Source: Candidatus Saccharimonadota bacterium
GTDB lineage: Bacteria; Patescibacteriota; Saccharimonadia; Saccharimonadales; UBA4665
Direction of reading: 5' to 3'
Length of the DNA stretch: 32,000 nt
Assembly (NCBI GenBank): GCA_016700375.1
Contig: CP065016.1
Span: 480,001 to 512,000, forward strand
A program made the position numbers and the translations under genes. This document shows positions 1 through 8,010 of this stretch, in pieces. Within the stretch, counting starts at the first letter, position 1. Each line of letters begins with the position of its first letter. The notes beneath the pieces were generated by a model. That model saw only the letters and a program-made list of their open reading frames with translations, had not been told where the DNA came from and ran no database searches.

Positions 1-161
1 AGCTTCGTCATGTCGGCCGAGCTCATTTTTTTGTCTAAGTCGACATGCGCAAGCTTTGCCCATTTACTCCCAAAGACACCCTTTGCATACCAAATGCTGC
101 CCACTACCATGCTTGATGCTCCTGCAAGTAATACCGCAAGATAATTTACCTGTACTTCCAT
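1..161 (-). CDS. DUF1761-like small membrane protein, 5' part only (3' end lies beyond the window start)
   Basis: Minus-strand ATG at 159-161 is preceded by GGAGG (rc of 165-170). Translation MEVQVNYLAVLLAGASSMVVGSIWYAKGVFGSKWAKLAHVDLDKK... shows a hydrophobic helix followed by a G..WY...G..W pattern typical of DUF1761. It is absent from the ORF track because the window edge truncates it. Confidence 0.55.
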   Translation of the reverse strand, partial: MEVQVNYLAVLLAGASSMVVGSIWYAKGVFGSKWAKLAHVDLDKKMSSADMTK

Positions 162-280
162 GCAACCTCCTTTTACATATTTCAGTATGTCATAAACTTC
201 AAAAAAGAATGTAAGCAAAGTTACAGGCTGCACCTCGTTGTGGAGGTATAATTGAGCATACACTAAACAAGGAGGTACTC

Positions 281-511
281 ATGAGTTTATTCGACGATAT
301 CAAGGCCAAGGCTGACATAAATGGCGACGGCAAAATTACGGCCGCCGACCTAGAAGGCCTAAAAGACGGCGTCAATAACGGCACACTCGACCAGTTAAAA
401 GCCAAAGCAGACGGAAACGGTGATGGCAAACTTGACCTGAGTGATTTGAAAGACCTCGGTGGCAACGCCGGTGGATTGCTAAGTGGCCTCAAGGATAAAT
501 TGTTCAAGTAA
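281..511 (+). CDS. Small (76 aa) protein with two canonical EF-hand Ca2+-binding loops
   Basis: AAGGAGG lies 5-6 nt upstream of the ATG. Two 12-residue loops, DINGDGKITAADL and DGNGDGKLDLSDL, fit D-x-N-x-D-G-x-[IL]-x-x-x-D. Each is preceded by the repeated (I/L)KAKAD. Confidence 0.75.
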   Translation: MSLFDDIKAKADINGDGKITAADLEGLKDGVNNGTLDQLKAKADGNGDGKLDLSDLKDLGGNAGGLLSGLKDKLFK

Positions 512-1670
512 GCAGTTCTTTGGCGTTCGGATAGCTGTTGTAGCCTTTGTGGCTCATGCTGCGGCAGTAAGCGCCAGTGTCGTATATGGCGACCGTGTCG
601 CCAATGTTCGCGCGGCGCAGCTCGCGTGATTCAATTCCTTCTGGGTCACCCAGTGCTGGCGTCAGTATATCGCCCGTTTCGCAGTTGTGCCCCACCACCA
701 CATACTCCTGCTTTTCTGTCGCATCATTCAGAACGGCTATGGTGTGTTGCGCTCCGTACATCCCTGGCCGCGCAAAATCATTCATGCCGGTGTTGAGCCT
801 AAGGAACGTATGACCGTCTGCCCCCGTGTCTACTACGTCAACAACACTGGCCAGTAGCACACCGGCGTGGCCGACCAGCCATGTTCCCGGCTCTATTTCT
901 AGGCGCAGTTTTCGTCCCGTTTTGTCTGCGAACCTCTGTAAAAGTTGGGCAAATTTCACCCCGACTGCTGCCATGTCAGTTTCGTGTTCGTCGCCGTAGC
1001 GGTGTATTTTATACCCGCCTCCCATGTCAAGGCTTGTCACATCTGGCATGGTTTCGGCAATTTCTAGCGCCGTTTCCATCATCTTCCCCCACATGGCTGG
1101 GTCAGCGCCCGAACCAATGTGTATATGGAGCCGGTCAATCTTCACCCCGTGCGCAGCTGCAAGTTCAAGCGCCTCTGGCACATACGCCTGCCATAAACCA
1201 AAGCTGCTATTTGCCCCACCAGTCGTGGTGCGGTTATTGTGCCCCGCCCCAATCCCGGGGTTCACCCTGAGCCCAACTGATGTCGGGTGATTTTCGCTGG
1301 CGACAAAAAGCTCCAACTGGTGCAATGACGATGCGACATACAGCACCCCGACAGCGAGCAGCGCTGACAAATTATGCGCCGGCTGCTGACTAGACAAGCT
1401 TATTTTGTCGCCGGCAATTCCAAGTTCTAGCAGCTCTTGCGCTTCATAGCTTGAGCTAGCATCGAACTGTAGCCCGCTTTCATGAAACAGACGTATCACC
1501 TCCGGGTGATTGTTCGCTTTCACGGCGTATCTGGCAGTAAGCCCAAATGGCAGTTCCAGATTGAGCAACTTTTTTGCACGTTCTACAAGCATATCCCGCG
1601 AATATACATATAGCGGTGTCCCCTGCTCTCGAGCCAATTCTCTCAGCCGCGCATCATCCCAGCTATTCAC
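504..1670 (-). CDS. lysA: PLP-dependent fold-type III decarboxylase, diaminopimelate decarboxylase family (substrate not certain)
   Basis: 388-aa ORF with YAVKAN (PLP lysine), HIHIGSG, LDMGGGY, EPG and GHNCETGD motifs in the order seen in Orn/DAP/Arg decarboxylases. It overlaps the upstream gene by 8 nt. Confidence 0.85.
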   Translation of the reverse strand: MNSWDDARLRELAREQGTPLYVYSRDMLVERAKKLLNLELPFGLTARYAVKANNHPEVIRLFHESGLQFDASSSYEAQELLELGIAGDKISLSSQQPAHNLSALLAVGVLYVASSLHQLELFVASENHPTSVGLRVNPGIGAGHNNRTTTGGANSSFGLWQAYVPEALELAAAHGVKIDRLHIHIGSGADPAMWGKMMETALEIAETMPDVTSLDMGGGYKIHRYGDEHETDMAAVGVKFAQLLQRFADKTGRKLRLEIEPGTWLVGHAGVLLASVVDVVDTGADGHTFLRLNTGMNDFARPGMYGAQHTIAVLNDATEKQEYVVVGHNCETGDILTPALGDPEGIESRELRRANIGDTVAIYDTGAYCRSMSHKGYNSYPNAKELLT

Positions 1671-1968
1671 CGCTCACCTCTACTCCGCGCCAGAAGGCGA
1701 CGTAGCCACTAAAGTCTTTATGCACTCGCTCAATGGCCGTCGGCAGTGGCTCTGGGTAGCTCCAGGCAGCATCGGCGTTTGTTTGACCGTCTACCGTGAC
1801 TGTGTAGTACTGACACTTGCCCTTCCAAGGGCAGGTATAGGGCGTTGGGCTTTCGCTCAGTAGCTCATGCTGCACACTCGTGGGAGGAAAATACCAGTTC
1901 CCCTCTATGTATATAAGATCATTTTTATCTGCCTCTGCTATGACTGTTCCGTTCCATACTGCTTTCAT
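1663..1968 (-). CDS. DUF427 domain protein
   Basis: 101 aa. KAVWNGTVIAE...IEGNWYFPP...TCPWKG.CQYY...AAWSYPEP...VAFW is the DUF427 pattern. AAGGAG lies 9 nt upstream of the ATG, with TATACT further upstream. Confidence 0.8.
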   Translation of the reverse strand: MKAVWNGTVIAEADKNDLIYIEGNWYFPPTSVQHELLSESPTPYTCPWKGKCQYYTVTVDGQTNADAAWSYPEPLPTAIERVHKDFSGYVAFWRGVEVSGE

Positions 1969-2007
1969 GATTTGCTACTCCTTTGTAGTCCTTACAGTAT
2001 AGCGTAC

Positions 2008-2622
2008 TTATACGGTGTATTGAGCCTCGGCGGCTTCTATATCGCCCGTTCCATACCAAAACCGCGAAGCGTATAAAGTAGCAACCATCGCCAAGCTAAA
2101 GACGCCCGCATAGAACGGATACAACATGCCGAGCAGTGGAGCATGCTGCATCCATACAGCCACCAATATTATTGCCTCGCCCACCCCGGCACAGGCAAAT
2201 GCAAGCACTGATTCTTCCTCGGGTTCTTGCCAGCCGTGAATAAACGTCGGTATATACGCCAGCGCATCAACCGCAAGTGCAATCATCATGACGACCATTG
2301 GGCTGTCCACCACAAACCACAGAGCAATTCCCAGTAAAGCACCCACGAGCGTCACGCGTTCTAGTCGTGTCACATGACGGCTCGCGTAGCGAAGGCCAAG
2401 AGCCACAACCGCCAAACAACCGAACGCCGAAACACCGGCTACCAAGGCGCTCGCCCACTGCTTTTCTTCTACAGAGACTACTGTCATTAGCCCAAGTAAG
2501 AGTGACCATATTACCCAAGAAACCAACCGTGGTCGTGCGCCGTGCCGAATTATGTCACGCAAATACGGCACAAAACTAGCCGTCGTCAGCGCTGTTCCTA
2601 TGAAAATAAGTATGTTTGTCAT
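2008..2622 (-). CDS. 7-TM membrane protein of unknown function with a 3+1+3 internal repeat (PQ-loop/SWEET-like layout); intact paralog of the IS-disrupted gene at 3370-5148
   Basis: The ORF track starts at a GTG (2652). The ATG at 2622 (MTNILIF...) has GAAAGGAAAACA upstream. Hydrophobic segments are present, and the motifs YLRDIIRHGARPRLVSW and LAYIPTFIHGWQEPEEES correspond to YVVDVFRGKARPNRVTW and LAFLPTLVKAYYHPETES in the paralog. Confidence 0.7.
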   Translation of the reverse strand: MTNILIFIGTALTTASFVPYLRDIIRHGARPRLVSWVIWSLLLGLMTVVSVEEKQWASALVAGVSAFGCLAVVALGLRYASRHVTRLERVTLVGALLGIALWFVVDSPMVVMMIALAVDALAYIPTFIHGWQEPEEESVLAFACAGVGEAIILVAVWMQHAPLLGMLYPFYAGVFSLAMVATLYASRFWYGTGDIEAAEAQYTV

Positions 2623-2845
2623 TGTTTTCCTTTCACGCGCGGGCAATAGCACGGCAATACCTCGCAGCCGCTACCCGAATTGTAATAATTATTGTTTTTT
2701 AGCGCTCACCAAAGATATGACATGAGCAACGGAACGCTGGTGCTGAACGATCCAAAGATTGAAGCTGTCTTTTCAGGGAGCATACCCCTACCGCCTGGCG
2801 GGACAACTTCGATGCCCTCAGTATACCATGAGAGGTATGCAATAG

Positions 2846-3403
2846 CTAGGTTTTGCTGGTTTCCGTGCGTAAAAATGCCCGAAGTTTGTCGAGTTTCGGG
2901 TTTATAACTATTTGGCAATAGGCTTGCTCGGGGTGCTGCTCGAAGTAATTGTGGTGATACGCCTCTGCCTCGTAAAAGACCATGAGCGGGGCAACCTCTG
3001 TGACTATACGGGCTTCTGTTTTACCTCGGAGCTCACGTATAACAGATTGAGCTTTCACCTCATCCGCTTCATCACTGTATAAAATAATTGAACGATACTC
3101 CGTACCAACATCTGCACCCTGTCGGTTCAGTGTGGTTGGGTCGTGCGTCGCGAAAAAGATGCGCAGGATACGTTCTAGAGTCGTTTTCGTTTCGTCGTAC
3201 TCTACCCGCACTACTTCGGCGTGGCCGGTTTTGCCACCACACACCTGTTCGTAAGTCGGATTTGGCGTCTTACCTCCAGCATACCCAGGAACAACCCGTG
3301 TCATGCCTTCGACCCGCACAAATACCGCCTCTGTACACCAAAAACACCCTCCCCCAAGCACAATCGACTTCACGCCGCCTCTTTTCTGCGACTTTCTAGC
3401 CAT
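2846..3403 (-). CDS. msrA: Peptide-methionine (S)-S-oxide reductase MsrA
   Basis: 185 aa with the GGGCFWC active-site motif near the N-terminus, plus GHAEVV and HDPTTLNRQG blocks. Confidence 0.95.
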   Translation of the reverse strand: MARKSQKRGGVKSIVLGGGCFWCTEAVFVRVEGMTRVVPGYAGGKTPNPTYEQVCGGKTGHAEVVRVEYDETKTTLERILRIFFATHDPTTLNRQGADVGTEYRSIILYSDEADEVKAQSVIRELRGKTEARIVTEVAPLMVFYEAEAYHHNYFEQHPEQAYCQIVINPKLDKLRAFLRTETSKT

Positions 3404-3644
3404 AAACCAAATTTGAAATATATAAATACAATGGCGAAGATGTTTGCAGCAAGTATGTATAGCTGAAACCCAGCGGTCTCAAAGTTCCAGTTTTTGACGG
3501 TCATGAGCCCCATAATGGTTGCAACTTCACTTGCCATGAAAGTCCAGGGACTTTCCGTTTCTGGGTGATAGTACGCTTTCACCAGAGTCGGCAAAAAGGC
3601 CAATCCATCAGCCAATATACTAAAGATGATTGCCACGTTACCCT
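3370..3644 (-). pseudogene. C-terminal fragment of the 7-TM membrane protein gene split by the IS4-family insertion
   Basis: The frame ...EGNVAIIFSILADGLAFLPTLV... continues exactly from the N-terminal fragment (…WWITGEGN) once the IS and one copy of the 9-bp duplication are removed. Confidence 0.85.
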
Positions 3645-4808
3645 CTGACCCACACTCACTTTTTTCCTCCTCCCCGTACATGAGCCACCGGTATCGGTGG
3701 TAGCAGCGGCGTACGTAGTAGCCGTTGCATATACTCCCAGGCTTGCTTGAACCAGCTCAGTCGTTTCTTGGGATGAATCTTCTGCTGTTGTTTTGGTAGT
3801 ACTTTGACCGCATAGCGCCACAGTAACCACCAACCGAGGAAGACAAACAGCAGCAAGTTACGGATGACTTGTGGTTTTCTGACTCGTTGCCACTCCAATC
3901 GTTGCAACCACTTCACATCCTTGAAGGCTTCTTCAATTTCGAACCTTTCTGCGTAACGGTTCAGGACTTGTCTTCTGGTGAGGGCCTCTGTTCCCTCGCT
4001 CGGTAGGTTGGTCAACAAAAACCAGGGCTCCGGATCCTTCATGTTCGGATTGTAATCCGAACGAATAAGTCGGAGCTTATGTGTATGGTACGTGATGGGT
4101 AATTCCTCATGACTAATGTCATGGATGGGTTCCTTCCACCAGCTGGGATCCCAGGGAAGCTGAACGAGCTTGTCGCTCTTGGTACGAGCGATGAAGTGCA
4201 CATCGTACAGGGCAAACAAAGTGAACAGTTTGTCACTAGCAAACCAGCGATCCATGACAAGTACCAGTTGCAGATCTGGTGCATTAACTTGAAGGAAATG
4301 GAACAGTCCTCCAGCGCCACTAGAAGTGGCGCAATGAGAGCTGCTTCGCTGAGGTTCACCTGACACCAAATGGGTATAGCTCGACCCTTGCGATGCGACA
4401 CCGCCAAGATGGCGATACAAAACGGGCCGAATTGAGAGTGGTCCAGAGAGCAGTACCACCGACCAGTATGCGAAGCTAACGCTTCGCTAACCAACAATCG
4501 CTGCAAGCGCACTGGCAGTTCCTCGTCAGTAACTAACCGACGAATGCGGTTTTCTCCAGTCCAGCGATTCAGCCCAAGCTTTCGACCAGCAGCGTTGAGC
4601 GAACAGAACTCCTGAAGGGAAAACTGTTCAACTCCGAGGAAGAAGCGACGAGCCTTAGCTTTTGGGATGTATGTCGCACGCAGCCGCTTTACAGCAGTTG
4701 CCATCTTTTGTAGTGTAGTCATTAGAAAACGACCTTTCTGTTTTAGCTTTTGTAACCAAAACTGTAGGGTCGTTTTTGTTATGTGTCAAAAAAGTGAGTG
4801 TGGGTCAG
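3645..4808 (-). mobile_element. IS4-family insertion sequence (1164 bp) with 21-bp perfect terminal inverted repeats and a 9-bp target-site duplication
   Basis: IR-L CTGACCCACACTCACTTTTTT (3645-3665) is the exact reverse complement of 4788-4808. The direct repeat CGTTACCCT flanks the element at 3636-3644 and 4809-4817. The internal transposase carries DDE and Y-(2)-R-(3)-E-(6)-K motifs. Confidence 0.9.
3656..4722 (-). pseudogene. IS4-family DDE transposase, split into two overlapping frames (-1 shift needed near 4300-4330)
   Basis: The N-terminal frame (4039-4722) contains SLDHSQFGP (D1). The C-terminal frame (3656-4459) contains LVMDRWFASD (D2) and YAERFEIEEAFKDVK (an exact YREK signature). 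No X-XXY-YYZ slippery site is seen at the junction. Confidence 0.8.
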
Positions 4809-5148
4809 CGTTACCCTCACCCGTAATCCACCACAGAAGCAATCCAAATAGCGAGAGCACACCGCAGCCAATATCAAAACGCTTCAGTTGCCACGCAGGA
4901 TGCTTTACAAGAAAACTAGATACAAATATCAAAAAGGGCGAAAAACCAACGCTAAACGTCACGATACTCTGTGCCATACCTACCCCCTGCGACAGCATTG
5001 AGGCAAAGGCAATCATAGGTGCAATAGTGAGAACGCCCCACGTAACCCGGTTTGGGCGCGCCTTACCACGAAACACATCCACTACGTATGTTAACGTTCC
5101 CAGCACATTTATGACAGCCGCCACATACGCCCAATAATCTGGAATCAT
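4809..5148 (-). pseudogene. N-terminal fragment of the 7-TM membrane protein gene split by the IS4-family insertion
   Basis: ORF 4786-5148 reads MIPDYWAYVAAVINVLG...LLWWITGEGN, then runs 7 codons into the IS inverted repeat (ADPHSLF) and stops. Confidence 0.85.
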
Positions 5149-5621
5149 AGTGCTAGTATACGATAGTCGTGGTTTGTTGCCGTTATGATTTTGAGTACGT
5201 CTTCGGGCTTTAGAAATACCGTTGCCGTGTTGTCGTTTGGGTGAAAGCCAAGTTCTGGTTCCTGCATGAGCGATTCGTCTAGCAAAACCTGCATGGTTTC
5301 AGCCCCCGGGTGAAGTAGCCCGAAGATACTGACACTTCCCGGACGGACTCCCACCATCTCCTCGACCCGCTCCGGCCGAACAAACTGCAACTTTTTCACC
5401 CCGCAGACTCGCGCCAAATTCTTCATATCCAGTCGGTTCAGGCCACGCATGGCCACCATCCAGACTTGCTGCTTTTTTTCATCAGGCACGAGCAGTGTTT
5501 TTACGGGCACTTTCTCAGGCAGCTTCACACTGCTCTCTGCCACCGTAAATACTGCCTCATGTTCCTGAACTCGGTACGGTATGTTCTGCGCTTCCAAAAA
5601 TGTATACACTGCATCTCGCAT
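5145..5621 (-). CDS. YbaK/ProX/EbsC-type aminoacyl-tRNA deacylase (trans-editing domain protein)
   Basis: 158 aa. KTLLV...VMVAMRG..RLDMKNLA...G..PGSVSIFG...FHPNDNTAT is the YbaK/ProRS-associated domain pattern. TATACT lies 7 nt upstream of the ATG. Confidence 0.8.
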   Translation of the reverse strand: MRDAVYTFLEAQNIPYRVQEHEAVFTVAESSVKLPEKVPVKTLLVPDEKKQQVWMVAMRGLNRLDMKNLARVCGVKKLQFVRPERVEEMVGVRPGSVSIFGLLHPGAETMQVLLDESLMQEPELGFHPNDNTATVFLKPEDVLKIITATNHDYRILAL

Positions 5622-5658
5622 AGAAAACAGTATACTGCAGCGCGCTATACTAAAGCAT

Positions 5659-5901
5659 ATGGCGTTTAACCACTACGCAAAACTGAAAAGAATTCTCGAT
5701 GCCGAACCGGTGGGTTGGTACATACGGCGTATAGATGAGCCCACCACCGCTCAAACATTCCGCGGTGAGCTCCGCCACTTCGACCACTACTACCGCTTGT
5801 ACCACGCGGGTGGCACCGCCATAAAATACGGCAAATTCCAGCAGCTCGACCGCCTCGCCACCGCCCTGGGCGTACCCATAGAAGCGCTACCCCTTGTTTG
5901 A
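5659..5901 (+). CDS. Hypothetical protein (80 aa from ATG 5659)
   Basis: Open frame with TATACT (5646-5651) exactly 7 nt upstream of ATG 5659. No recognisable motif. The 3' end overlaps the convergent doc gene by 15 nt. Confidence 0.4.
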   Translation: MAFNHYAKLKRILDAEPVGWYIRRIDEPTTAQTFRGELRHFDHYYRLYHAGGTAIKYGKFQQLDRLATALGVPIEALPLV

Positions 5902-6282
5902 CTTGCTGTGCAGTTCAAGCCAGGCAGCAATATCGTCTACGCTCAAATGCTCCACCGCCACCCGCACCGCAAAATCCTCGACTTGCGAGTTACTCATCCC
6001 AACCGCTATACCATTGATTTTTAGCAGAGTGAGCCCTGCAAGCATAGCCGTACGTTTATTACCATCTACAAATGGATGATCGGCAATTATACCCCGTACC
6101 ATAGCAGCACTTTTTTCATACACGCTAGCGTATAGTTCAGTACCAAATACTTCCTGCGACTGGGTCGCAATAGCCGCTTCCAAACGACCCATATCCCGGA
6201 TTCCATCTCCACCACCTGTGTTTGCAAGCACAAGAGCATGCAGCATCAGCAGCTGCTCAATATCTATAGTTTTGCCACTCAT
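5887..6282 (-). CDS. doc: Doc (Fic-fold) toxin of a type II toxin-antitoxin pair
   Basis: 131 aa with HPFVDGNKRTA, the Doc variant of the Fic motif. An ATGA stop/start overlap links it to the upstream antitoxin ORF. Confidence 0.9.
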   Translation of the reverse strand: MSGKTIDIEQLLMLHALVLANTGGGDGIRDMGRLEAAIATQSQEVFGTELYASVYEKSAAMVRGIIADHPFVDGNKRTAMLAGLTLLKINGIAVGMSNSQVEDFAVRVAVEHLSVDDIAAWLELHSKSNKG

Positions 6283-6500
6283 CGATTCGCGAGATTCTTA
6301 AACGCCTGGCGATATTTACTCATAATATCTTCTGCCGCTGCCATTACTTCATCATTTGTGGCGACGTCTGTTTTCTTGCGCACAATTAGTTCTAGCTCAT
6401 CATCGTCACCAATATTAAGACGCTTTAACTCTTTAGCCGGGAGTATTACACCACGACTCGTACCGATTTTGATAGCTTTTTGAATAGTCGTAAATGTCAT
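6279..6500 (-). CDS. AbrB/MazE/SpoVT-fold antitoxin partnered with Doc
   Basis: 73 aa. N-terminal IKIGTSRGVILPAKELKRLNIGDDDELEL is the swapped-hairpin AbrB-type DNA-binding pattern. It has an acidic C-terminal half and a 4-nt overlap with doc. Confidence 0.8.
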   Translation of the reverse strand: MTFTTIQKAIKIGTSRGVILPAKELKRLNIGDDDELELIVRKKTDVATNDEVMAAAEDIMSKYRQAFKNLANR

Positions 6501-6560
6501 AGAAAAAGCTTAGCATACATTCTAATATATTACAATAAAATTATAATGTTTATGTGTTGT

Positions 6561-6890
6561 TCACTTCGGTGGGAGTGTGAGCGTATAGTTCCGGCTTATT
6601 TCGAGCAGGCGCGGTAGATTATCTTCGTCCAGTACCTCGGGCGCAGCCAGCAGCCAAGCTTTCATGCTCCGCCCACCAAACTCAAACGGCCCCATGCCAG
6701 GCTCTTTCAGTAATTTTTCGGCAGTTGCTTCATCTGCCTTCACAATCAGTTCATCGCCCTTCACCCCAAACGCCATATTGCGGTGTATGAAATACCCTAG
6801 CCCGCCAAACATTTTGCGCTTCAGCACATCTACCGGCCATTCAGCCACCACTTCGTCTATCCGCTCCTCCAACCCAGTGTCATATGCCAT
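6561..6890 (-). CDS. TfoX N-terminal domain protein
   Basis: 109 aa. ...KRKMFGGLGYFIHRNMAFGV.GDELIVK... is the TfoX_N core pattern (MFGG.G). Confidence 0.75.
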   Translation of the reverse strand: MAYDTGLEERIDEVVAEWPVDVLKRKMFGGLGYFIHRNMAFGVKGDELIVKADEATAEKLLKEPGMGPFEFGGRSMKAWLLAAPEVLDEDNLPRLLEISRNYTLTLPPK

Positions 6891-6892
6891 AG

Positions 6893-7318
6893 TTAAACCC
6901 TCGCACCTCCACGAGCCTTGTTTGCCCAGTGGTCGGCAAGTTCGTTACCTTCGTGGCCCACGTGGCCGCGCACCCAAACCAGTTCGGCACAGCTCGCGCG
7001 GTACAGCGGGCAAACTTCTTGCACAATATCGAGATTTTTTATTTCCCCGCCCTTTTTCTTCCAGCCATTTGCTTCCCAGCCCAGCGACCATTTGGTAATA
7101 ACGTTTATCCAAAACTCACTGTCGGTAAGTATTTGGCACGGCTCACCGCCAGCGTGCTTTAGTGCCGCCAGTATAGCGTAGCCCTCCATACGTATATTCG
7201 TCGTTTCTCCCCCGCCCGGCTCACCTCCCAATACCACCGGCTTACCCCCACTCACCACCGCAAACCCGCCCGGCCCTGGGTTCGGAATCGCACTCCCATC
7301 GGTATAATATGTGTTCAT
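6893..7318 (-). CDS. rnhA: Ribonuclease HI
   Basis: YTDGSAIPNPGPGGFAVV, TTNIRMEGYA, TDSEF and VRGHVGHEGNELADHWA supply the RNase H D-E-D-D residues. I prefer ATG 7318 (MNTYYTDGS), which overlaps the upstream stop as TAATG. The ORF track's longer start is at 7351. Confidence 0.9.
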   Translation of the reverse strand: MNTYYTDGSAIPNPGPGGFAVVSGGKPVVLGGEPGGGETTNIRMEGYAILAALKHAGGEPCQILTDSEFWINVITKWSLGWEANGWKKKGGEIKNLDIVQEVCPLYRASCAELVWVRGHVGHEGNELADHWANKARGGARV

Positions 7319-8010
7319 TATTTGAGTAATTTTGGTCTTACTGCTTTGCATTCATGAACAATTAGCTCGTGTATAGCATCCAGTACTTCTTGATTATCGA
7401 AGTTTATGCCAGACACTTTCTTCACCTTCAACCGCACGGCATTGATTACGTCTTTGGTATATATCGTTTTAACAAGGCTTTCAGGCGTCAGCGCATTGAA
7501 CCGTTTCCAATACACTTCCAAATCGTTTTTCAATATTGATGCCTTCATGAGATTCACGAGATGTTCCGACGCATTCTTCAAGACCGACAGGTCGCGCAAA
7601 TCAAGGCTGAACACTTGGTGCGTCGAAATTGGCTTAGCAAAGATGACGCGATATAACTGTATTTGCCGACCGTTGAAAAGAAGAATCCAGTCTATCCCTT
7701 CATTTGCTGCATACGAAATACTTTGTCGCAGATGTCGCTCATTTAGGTCGAGGTCGATTGACTTCACTTCGACGACAAAGTGCTTTTTTCGCTTCAGCTG
7801 TATGACGTAGTCAGCATATTCGCCCCGAATTGCATACTCCGTTTTGATGTCTTCTAGCTCTTCATAGTTCAAAACCTCCGTCAGGAAATAATTGACCATA
7901 ATCCGCGTAGCAGATTCATTTACATCCATGTTTTGCTTCTTGGTTAAGTACTTCTTGCGGTACTCACGAAGCCTTTTTTCTAGCTGCGCTCTTTGGTGTT
8001 CGGTTGCCAT
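7318..8010 (-). CDS. Stand-alone HsdR_N-like PD-(D/E)xK nuclease-fold protein (type I restriction R-subunit N-terminal domain family)
   Basis: 230 aa. NESATRIMVNYFL..VL...YADYVI...HFVVEVKS...YAANEGIDWILLFNGRQIQLYRV matches the HSDR_N layout (D...E-x-K, then ..TNG..). AGAGGAAG lies 5 nt upstream of ATG 8010. The gene is compositionally AT-rich. Confidence 0.75.
   Translation of the reverse strand: MATEHQRAQLEKRLREYRKKYLTKKQNMDVNESATRIMVNYFLTEVLNYEELEDIKTEYAIRGEYADYVIQLKRKKHFVVEVKSIDLDLNERHLRQSISYAANEGIDWILLFNGRQIQLYRVIFAKPISTHQVFSLDLRDLSVLKNASEHLVNLMKASILKNDLEVYWKRFNALTPESLVKTIYTKDVINAVRLKVKKVSGINFDNQEVLDAIHELIVHECKAVRPKLLK

Noticed and set aside
199-1290. Antisense or shadow ORFs overlapping strong genes (199-507 minus strand, and 577-813, 881-1270, 1024-1290 plus strand). 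Similar cases across the window include 9417-9974, 12114-12503, 14530-14843, 20645-20896, 23456-23854, 25629-25895, 28426-28755 and 29359-29762.
   Set aside because: Each lies entirely within, and antisense to or out of frame with, a longer ORF that has recognisable conserved motifs. Their translations are low-complexity (Ser/Pro/Arg/Ala-rich), as expected for shadow frames.
2653-2845. Possible TPP or another riboswitch upstream of the 7-TM membrane protein gene (minus strand)
   Set aside because: The minus strand contains CTGAGG and GCCAGGCGGTAGGGG, which faintly resemble the TPP CUGAGA and GCCAGCGUAGGGA boxes. However, the GGGGTGC, ACCC and ACCTGA elements and the P2/P3 helices are missing. 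I could not build a convincing fold. The two ORFs in the track here (2692-2907 plus strand, 2706-2918 minus strand) overlap msrA and look spurious.
4290-4335. Programmed -1 ribosomal frameshift in the IS4-family transposase
   Set aside because: There is no X-XXY-YYZ slippery heptamer or downstream pseudoknot at the frame junction, and IS4-family elements normally encode one continuous ORF. I treat it as an inactivating indel or a sequencing error.
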